DNA of 64,000 bases. Origin: Candidatus Bathyarchaeota archaeon (lineage in GTDB: Archaea; Thermoproteota; Bathyarchaeia; Bathyarchaeales; Bathyarchaeaceae). The stretch is from the NCBI GenBank assembly GCA_963697165.1, contig CAVOMX010000025.1:1-64000 (forward strand), given 5' to 3'. This document shows, one piece after another, positions 56,474 to 64,000 of this stretch; the first letter of the stretch is position 1, and the number at the start of each line of letters is the position of its first letter. The notes under the pieces were generated by a model. It had not been told where the DNA came from, made no database searches, and saw only the letters and a list, made by a program, of their open reading frames with translations. Made by a program: the position numbers and the translations under genes.

Positions 56474-57117
56474 CTATTTTCATCATGAATATAGCCATTT
56501 CAATGTCTGCTATACTGAAGGGGTATCCTTCGGAGTTTAGATAGTCTCGGATTATTTCTAGGGTCCAGATTAACTTTTGATAATTTTTTGTCCATCCAGA
56601 GTCTGAGCAGGGGTCTCCTGGTCTTGCACGTCCGGCTGGGCATTTGATGACTGGTTTTTCAGTAAATTGCAGAGTCTTTAGAGCGTGTCCAACGTTACTA
56701 TCGTAGATACAAAATCTTTCTTGATCGAAGAGTCCAATAATTTTGGATGCTCGAGATATTCCAACACCCTTTATGTTTAAGAGTTCCTCAACTGCATCAG
56801 ATATTTTGCCTTTATCAACAAAATCGAATACCCTTCTAGTAATCTCCAAAACTTTATCTTCGTCACGTAAAGGAAACGGAGGAAAACCGCCCCAAGACAT
56901 GATCATATCAAGAGTTTCAAGACCAACGCCACCAGAATTTTGAATCCGAGACAAAACGATGGCTTGAGAATACTTGGTTACGTTCCACGAGACATGCTTT
57001 AGGCTCTTTATCGTTCCATGAATAGTTCTTTCTACCTTCAATAAGACGTGATTTGTTTTCTTTGACCCAATCTAAAATAACTTGTCCGTATTTTCTTAAA
57101 AATAGGTCTTTATCCAT
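56474..57117 (-). CDS. Helix-hairpin-helix DNA glycosylase-like (OGG-like) protein with two apparent +1 A-run frameshifts
   Basis: IMSWGG, IKGVGISRASKI, FCIYDSNVG, DIEMAIFM; removing one A near 57008 and one near 56478 gives one ORF from 57117 to TAG at 56474. Confidence 0.65.
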
Positions 57118-57157
57118 AAGTGCCCCCTCTTTTGTAGATCACTTATTCAATGTTTTG

Positions 57158-57245
57158 TGGCGCGGGGTGCGGGATTTGAACCCGCGTGGCCCTACGGACC
57201 ACAGACTTAGCAGGCCTGCTCCCTACCAGGCTAGGAGAACCCCGC
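57158..57245 (-). tRNA. tRNA-Ser(GCT)
   Basis: GCGGGGT/ACCCCGC acceptor, CAGGC CT GCT AA GTCTG, long variable arm, G73, CCA. Confidence 0.96.
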
Positions 57246-57349
57246 AAAGGTCACTCTACTCCAATTTTCTCTAGTTCAAGACTCGGGAGTTTACCTTCCT
57301 ACAATTATACTCAGCATCTATTTTTGTCTTTTTGTGGGTTGACTACGCT
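57225..57349. repeat. Direct repeat copy A (tRNA-Ser 5' 21 nt plus upstream DNA)
   Basis: First 38 nt identical to 62888-62925; remainder similar with scattered differences. Confidence 0.92.
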
Positions 57350-57616
57350 CAAAAGGTAAAGCAACAAAAAAGACTTGTATCTTATATCATGTAATTCATA
57401 ATTTTTTGGAACAAGTTAATGCGCCCGCTAGAGTTTTTTTTCATTTCGTATCCCAATAAATTCTCACGAATAATTTGGGTTTGGAATTTGAGTAAATGGC
57501 AAAATATGGGAAACCAATTTAGAAACTCGTTTTGAATGCAGCTCACAAATTAAATAAGGAAATATTTAGATGTTAAAAAAAGTGGTCGGGATCAAACCTT
57601 GCGCGTGCGTTTATGA

Positions 57617-58027
57617 CTAATACGATATTAGAGGAAGAGTAATTTTTTGTTTTAAATTATTAGCTATTATTGTGTATTCGATATGAATGTATATTGTGGG
57701 ATCTTTGGAATTGGGTTTAGCCTCTATTTTAGCATGAATATTATCAATCCGTTTTTCCCATGTACTAAGAGATTTTTCTATGAGAAGTGAAAATTTTTAC
57801 CAATTCTGGCTCGTTTCGAATATAATAGATGTTAGATAGACATGTACGGGAGAGTCGAGGTAAGGGCTACGTAATCCTAAAATGAGTTGGATAGAATCAA
57901 TTATGTTTTTATAGTGTGCATTAAATCCTCCATCAACTTCATACGTTCTTCCAGGGAAATCGAGTCTTTCTCTGTAGGAGAGAACGGATAAACGAGAGGA
58001 AGAACAAAGGAGAAAATACGTAGACAC
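57617..58027 (-). pseudogene. gp25/GPW baseplate-wedge-like gene with an in-frame stop
   Basis: IIDSIQLILG...SIIFE...[TAA 57797-57799]...IEKSLSTWEKRI...IYIHIEYTI resembles the gp25 pattern ESIRIIL...LIFE...WEPRI...IEY.I. Confidence 0.6.
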
Positions 58028-58110
58028 GCGCGGATTGCCATTATGCGTTAGTCTTATTCTAGTTATTTTCCAAGTCCAACTTCGATTCTTATAAGAGTTC
58101 CATGATTAAA

Positions 58111-61100
58111 CTAATAATCACGTATCTTTGTCAATAATCGTGCTTTTAATTCATTTTTTTCATATCCTCTAATTTCCAATGTGAGAATTCCTTTGGAATG
58201 AGTTTCTTTCGGCATCTTTATTTTAATTTCTTTTGACTCATTTTGAACATCTACAGATTCAATTGGTCTATTTTCAATGAAAAAGTCAAGGCGTGATAGA
58301 TTTTCAGTGGTAACTACACCAATGATACTATAATTAACAATTTTCTTAAATTCAAAAGAAATTTCATGAACTAGCTTAGACGAAAGTATCTCTCCAGCTT
58401 TGTTTATTAAATCTTTATTACCGTTCAACAAATCGTCATCAGTCATTTGATAAAAAACATCTGGAGTAACTCCGAAATCTTCCAATGGAATAGTTGAATT
58501 TTTTCCAACTCTTAGCATCCTTCTTGCAGCAACTGTCATATTTGCCCCTTTGGGTAGAGAAAAGAATTGGGAGCTTGATGAGTTCGGAGATGTCTTTCCA
58601 GAATCTTTCATTAAGAGAAGAAGTAGATCATGACTCCACACATTTGCTCCTCCGGCTCCTGTATTTTTGTTTACCCCAATTATTGTCCCAATATTGTGAT
58701 CTTTGAATCCAGCCGCAAACATATCAGCCGCACTGTAAGTTAATCCATTCGTGATAAGAACTACAGGACCATAATATTTTTGACCAATATTATTACATGA
58801 GGTGAGAGACGTAATCGGAAATCCTCTGGAGTATGTAGCGCCCGTTTCTATAGCTTGATGTATCGAATCTTTCCAAGGTTTCAAATCGAAATCATCCCAT
58901 AGGTTTGAGGGGCTATTCTTTTCACATATCTCGAGCATTAATCTTGTATTAAGAAATTGAACCTTCTCTGGATTAATGGTATTAGGAGTCAATGTTTGTA
59001 ATAACCGTTCAGCAGCCATTATCAGACCTCCACCATTATCACGAATATCAATAATAAGCCCCTTTTTTGGAAGTGAAGAAAGTAGCTGGATAAACTCTTT
59101 TACGAATTTTTCACTATCATCTACTTTAAAGGTAAATATTCTTATATATGCAAAATCCCCAGCATCAGTTTTCGCCTTTTTGGCTCGGAATACCGATGGC
59201 ATGTCCGTTGGGATTTCTCCTCCTCTTACTGGAGCCCGATCAATATTCTTTTGCGCAATGTTCCTTTCAAGTTTAACAGCGTCTGGAGCGATCATCAACT
59301 TTTTTACTTCTTGAATCGCAAATGAGTGAAGATCCAGACCAAGCGCGGTTGCTTCGCCAACATTAGACTTAGGAGTTGTTGTAATGAATGCTGTTGGAGG
59401 CGCGAATACAAGCCATTTTTGGATTAATTGAAATTCTTTTTCATTAGAGCGATAATTGAAAGTTACCCATTCTTCATCTGGAGGAAATGAATTAATTAAT
59501 GGACGAATAGTTAGAGCATTGATTCCCCTTGCTCTTCGTGCAGCAGGATTACCTCCTCCTTGTTTTTCAGAATTTAATTCAATTGCACGTTTGATTGGAA
59601 TTCCATTCCAATGAGTGATTTCGACACCTTTTTTAAACGTCTTTGGACCGAATCCTTCCATTTTGTAAGAAACGATATATTTTGGATTTTTTTCTCCCGA
59701 ATTATCTTTTATGAAACATTCCTCAATAATGAATGGCATGAAGGCAATTTTTCCCTTAAATGGATGGGGCAGAAGGTAATTTGTATGAAGATCTCTGGTA
59801 GATTTAAAAATATCAATCATTTCTTTATGGAATTCAATTTCACAAGGTAATTCTTCTATTGTTGTCCTTTCAAGCTTGTATTGCAATAATTTTAAGCGTT
59901 GTATGGGATCAATTGCATACATCGCTTTTTTATGAGGTAGATGAACATAAACTTGTTCAAGTAGAACAAGTGCTTGATTAACTATATCTAGACGTTCGGA
60001 GCACTTCAAATATCCTTCTGAACTTAAGAAGGTAGATAATTCAGAGGTGGTATCAAAAAGTTCTTCTTGATATTCATCTTTGAAAGTAATGCTTTCAGGA
60101 AGAATGGGTTTTACTCCGTATATTGAGGGTAACCTTTTTCTTAGAAAGTCGGGGAGATTTACTTGATTTGCAATTTTTTTGAAATATTGTTTATCATCGA
60201 CAACTGCCAAAGGATCAAGTTCTACTACTACATCTTTTAAAAGTGTTGGATAATCTACTGCTTCATAAAAACTTGGAAAACCAGTTTCATTTCCTTCATA
60301 AGGTATATGTGGCCTAATGAATTCGGTTGCTAGTTCATCTTGTTCCAATGATAAAAACCAATAAGGTTTCATCGTTAAGCCTGATGTTGCGCGATTCCAT
60401 CCAGAATCAGGTTGTTCAAGATCAGTAGCCAATTCACCTAATCGTGATAATCCGTCTTGAAGGCGATCGACGGCTTCACTCAATTTTAAAGTTAAAGAGA
60501 TTGGATTGTTATTTTTAGTTTCAAGGTTTAATAATCGAAAAGAATTTTTAATCTTAAGAATTTCGGTATTTAACTTAAAATTATCCATTAGCCGTTTTTG
60601 ACCATATCGAGGAATACCATCTATTACCACAAAAGTAATTGAAGTTTCTCGTGCATCTATAAGTCCTTGATATGGTGGCCCTTTCTGTCCATTGATTACA
60701 ACCAAATCTGCAATTTTTCCCTTTTCTATTGTTCCAATATGTTTATCCCACTTCAGAATTTTTGCAGCATTTCGTGTAACCATTGAAACTAATTCTTTTT
60801 TTGTGAAAGGTTCATCTAATTCATTGTTGATTAAGTGAGCTATTTTCAATTCACATAAAAGATTCTTGCTTCCTGTCGGAGACCAATCTGAACCTAAAGC
60901 GATGAGTAACCCGGAGTCTTTCGCACATCTTATCCTAGCAGTTTGTCCATATAGTAAATAGTTACTCAATGGAGACCATACTATGGAAGCTTCATATTTC
61001 TTCAGTATATCAAAATCTTCAGCTTCAAGTGCTACGCAATGAATTCCAGACAATGCATCTGTAATTGCCCACTTTTCCTCAGAGATCTGAAGAGCAAAAA

Positions 61101-61768
61101 AATGAGCCCGCGATCTTTCATCCACACCTTCACTAAGATGCAACAGCTTGCATCCCTTACTTTCTTCTAGTTGATCCAAGAAAGTTTCTGCTTCTCTTGC
61201 TGCTACATCAGCAATTCTTGTACCTGCATTTGGTAAATCTTCATTATCAGTGGCTTCAACATTACGTACTAACCCTTTAAATCTGGTCTTAGTTCCTGCT
61301 ACCGCATCTGCAAGCGTTATCCCCTGAGAAGTTGTTACACCTGAAATAAGACATTTACATTCAACATATCTAATAATTGCTTCAATATATTTAATTGACC
61401 TTCCCAGCACATACATAGGTCCTCTAATTAATCGCGTTTTATCGCGATGACCTTGCCACTGCCCACGGTTCTTGAATGTTTTAGGAACATTCCATAGTGG
61501 TAAAATGTTATAACATAAATGATTGTGAAGTTCAATTAATCCAGGATAAATTGTACCACCTGTACGAATTACCTGGATTTCTTCGAATCCTTGAGGAGGA
61601 GTTTCGTTTGAAGGTTTTACATCCACAATTTTTTCTTTTTCAATGTATATTGTCCCTTTGTCTAATACTTCAAAATCATCATTCATCGTGACGATTTTTC
61701 CTTGAATTGCATATTTCGGTTTGTTTTGTAAGTCGATTTTATTTTTTGGCGAATTGTTTTCCCCCCAT
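58111..61768 (-). CDS. Deaminase-type amidohydrolase fused to an S41 (tricorn/CPAF-like) serine protease
   Basis: PGLIELHNH, HLSEG, IHC, LGSDW (amidohydrolase); RDLHTNY, DIRDNGGG, TYSAADMFAAG, TGAGG (S41). ORF intact 61686-58111; the natural start is probably ATG at 61768, offset by an extra G in a G6 run. Confidence 0.85.
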
Positions 61769-61908
61769 TATTTTTTTAAAACGAATTCTATTACAGTTAC
61801 TTCATGTTTTTTAAAAACTATAAAATTTTCCCTAGTTATGGTTAATCCGCTACTCTTGAATACCTAAATCTTGTAATTAAATTTAAAAATAACTTACCTG
61901 AAATTACT

Positions 61909-62859
61909 ATGGGGGATAATATGGGTTCTTCTTTTAAAAAATTATTAATAAATAAATACCTGAGTAAATCTATTGACGAAATTTTAAATTCATCATCAGC
62001 GGCTCTCCGAGGACTTAGTGAGACTGACGCCAGCGAGTTAGAAAATTCAATCGACATCACTACTATAAGGGATATGGCGAATAACGAATTTTTTATTCAT
62101 GCAAAGGCTTTACTTTCGGCATCTGGTACACCCAACTACGATCCGGGTCCTCCACCAGATTGGACTGATTTCTTTGAATCCGTACCTAATTACATGTCCC
62201 ATTGGCCAAAAAGAATTCGATGGGAATTCGGACCAATTTTTTACAGAGGAAGACTTGATGGTACTGCAAGAGTAATTGTGATTGGTCAAGATCCGTCCAC
62301 TGATGAAGCACTTGCGCGTCGTGTTTTTGTTGGAGGTTCAGGACAACGCGTTCAAGGGCTCCTTAAAAAACTAGGTATCAGTTCTTCTTACATTATGATT
62401 AACACATTCGTATTTAGCATCTACGGACAATTTGATGCTGAAATGAAGACTATTTCCAAGAATTCTCTAGTTTTGAATTACAGAAATGAATATTTGGACA
62501 GACTAATCGAACAAAATAACATCGAAGCAATCATCGCTATTGGTGCAGCAGCTCGTCACGCCATTGAGAATTGGTCTATCCCACAAGGATTGCACGTTTC
62601 AAATTTAGTCCATCCCTCAGCACCACCAAACATGGTAACTGCCGATTGGAACAAAGATCTCTCAATTTTGCTTAATAAAATTGAACCAGACTTAAACGAA
62701 GTTCAAGATAATAGACCCTATGGTCAAAATTGGGCACCCGGAGACCGGGTCCCAATTCCTAGAAGAGATTTACCGTTTGGAATACCTGAATTCTTAGGTA
62801 CTGGTGGGACTAGAAGTCGTAGAGACACTCCAAAAAAAATTGTTTGGGAAGCACCATAA
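61909..62859 (+). CDS. Uracil-DNA glycosylase superfamily protein with an extra N-terminal domain
   Basis: Motif A IGQDP, FVGGSG, YIMINT, motif B HPS; contains no cysteine, so no 4Fe-4S cluster. Confidence 0.82.
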   Translation: MGDNMGSSFKKLLINKYLSKSIDEILNSSSAALRGLSETDASELENSIDITTIRDMANNEFFIHAKALLSASGTPNYDPGPPPDWTDFFESVPNYMSHWPKRIRWEFGPIFYRGRLDGTARVIVIGQDPSTDEALARRVFVGGSGQRVQGLLKKLGISSSYIMINTFVFSIYGQFDAEMKTISKNSLVLNYRNEYLDRLIEQNNIEAIIAIGAAARHAIENWSIPQGLHVSNLVHPSAPPNMVTADWNKDLSILLNKIEPDLNEVQDNRPYGQNWAPGDRVPIPRRDLPFGIPEFLGTGGTRSRRDTPKKIVWEAP

Positions 62860-62887
62860 AATCAATTATTTAACAAAGGTAACTATA

Positions 62888-63012
62888 ACCAGGCTAGGAG
62901 AACCCCGCAAAGGTCACTCTACTCCGATTTTCTCTATTTCTCAGACTCGAGAGTTTACCTTTTTACCACTATGCTCATCATCTATTTTTGTCTTTTGTGG
63001 ATTGACAAAGCT
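62888..63012. repeat. Direct repeat copy B (truncated tRNA-Ser 5' end plus upstream DNA)
   Basis: ACCAGGCTAGGAGAACCCCGCAAAGGTCACTCTACTCC identical to 57225-57262. Confidence 0.92.
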
Positions 63013-63068
63013 AAAGATTATGCATAGATGTGCGAGAATAGATTTTTCGGGGGCAATTTATAAACAAC

Positions 63069-63245
63069 TTAAATTACCTCAAGAGCTCCATCGTTTATTG
63101 AGACACAAGATGGGGTGAGCTTCACACTTGCTGCACCATTACTCAATTCAATGTTACCTATATTCATAATGATCTTCAAGCCAGTTACGCTTTCAATAGT
63201 GATTTCACCTGTACCCAGTATGGCTTTGATTGTTATTTTGGCAAA
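63069..63245 (-). pseudogene. C-terminal fragment of a contractile-system spike (gpV/gp5/VgrG-like)
   Basis: GEITIESVTGLKIIMNIGNIELSNGAASVKLTPSCVSINDGALEVI resembles the beta-helix end of eCIS spike proteins; N-terminal domains are missing. Confidence 0.65.
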
Positions 63246-63299
63246 ATTTGTTTTGATATGATGCACACTAATAAATGAGAGGGATAGCAAAGATTCAGT

Positions 63300-64000
63300 C
63301 TAATTACCAGCTATCTGTTGGATCTTTATTATAATAAATTCCGCTGGTTTCAGAGGTGCAAATCCTATGATGATATTAACAATACCTCGATCGATGTCAT
63401 ATTGTGTAGTAGTCTCTTTATCGCATTTCACAAAATATGCTTCTTTGGGGGCGGTACCTTGAAATGCACCTTGTATAAACATTTCGTGCATAAACTTACC
63501 TACATTAAGACGAATTTGTGACCAGAGCGGTTCATCATTCGGTTCAAACACAACCCACTGAGTTCCTCGATAAAGGCTTTCTTCGATATAAAGGGCCACT
63601 CGACGAACAGAGAGGTATTTCCATTGGTCAGCCAGTCTATCTGCTCCTCTCATTGTGCGTGCACCCCAAACTACTGGTCCGATTACAGGCATGATTCGCA
63701 GACAGTTGATGCCTAACTGATTTAACTTACCGTTTTCTTTATCTGTCAATTGGTTACTTAACCCGGATATTCCTATCAAGGTTGCTTTATCACCCGCCGG
63801 AGATTTCCAGACACCACGTTCAATATCCGTTCGTGTAATCACACCTGCAACCGCACCGCAGGGCACAAAATCCCGAATTATATTATTACTTTCAGGATCG
63901 TTTGCTTTGATTCGAGGGAAATATATTGCAGCGTTTTTGTGTCTTTTTGGTTGGAAACCTGGACTATCTATTCCAATATTAGGATCCATTGGTTTAGCTT
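63300..64000 (-). CDS. Contractile tail sheath protein, eCIS (Afp/PVC-like) type; runs off the window
   Basis: GVWKSPAG, LNQLGINCLR, VWGART, WKYLSVRR, VFEPND, GAFQG, AYFVKCD, APLKPAEF. Confidence 0.93.
   Translation of the reverse strand, partial: AKPMDPNIGIDSPGFQPKRHKNAAIYFPRIKANDPESNNIIRDFVPCGAVAGVITRTDIERGVWKSPAGDKATLIGISGLSNQLTDKENGKLNQLGINCLRIMPVIGPVVWGARTMRGADRLADQWKYLSVRRVALYIEESLYRGTQWVVFEPNDEPLWSQIRLNVGKFMHEMFIQGAFQGTAPKEAYFVKCDKETTTQYDIDRGIVNIIIGFAPLKPAEFIIIKIQQIAGN

Larger units (their letters stand above)
57350..64000. mobile_element. AT-rich genomic island upstream of tRNA-Ser(GCT), continuing beyond the window
   Basis: Composition shift, duplicated tRNA 5' end, decayed contractile-injection genes; no integrase within the window. 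Confidence 0.6.

Noticed and set aside
57225..63012. Split or permuted tRNA-Ser from the duplicated 5' fragment
   Set aside because: An intact tRNA-Ser(GCT) is present, and I saw no complementary leader or BHB next to the 21-nt fragment.
63300..64000. Sheath as evidence of an intact provirus
   Set aside because: No head, packaging or replication genes in the window and neighbouring structural genes are fragments; motifs fit eCIS better, though sequence beyond the window is unseen.

Overview
64 kb of an archaeal chromosome; gene content and protein styles suggest Bathyarchaeia or a related TACK lineage (inference, no database search). Most of the window is housekeeping: aspS, leuS, hisS, metG, leuCDBA, grpE-dnaK-dnaJ, guaA, TFB, CDC48, EndoQ, TldD/PmbA and five tRNAs. 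Main observations: (1) a tRNA-Arg(CCT) gene split by three introns (9/10, 29/30, 37/38), each with a reconstructable bulge-helix-bulge, close to a tRNA-Leu with a D-arm intron and a catalytically degenerate (structural-type) splicing-endonuclease subunit; (2) an AT-rich island upstream of tRNA-Ser(GCT) (about 57.2-64 kb) in which a deaminase-type amidohydrolase fused to an S41/CPAF-like protease and a divergent UDG-superfamily gene lie between remnants of a contractile injection system (tail sheath, spike C-terminus, gp25 pseudogene), bracketed by a ~125-bp direct repeat of the tRNA 5' end and its upstream DNA; (3) a strongly folding ~200-nt candidate ncRNA between rpl40e and a NusA-like gene; (4) small genes missed by the ORF track (eL40, a CdrS-like RHH protein, a 45-aa basic protein, a DUF4177-like protein). 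Several genes, including housekeeping ones, carry single-base frameshifts, some in homopolymer runs, so some apparent pseudogenes are probably sequencing or assembly errors.
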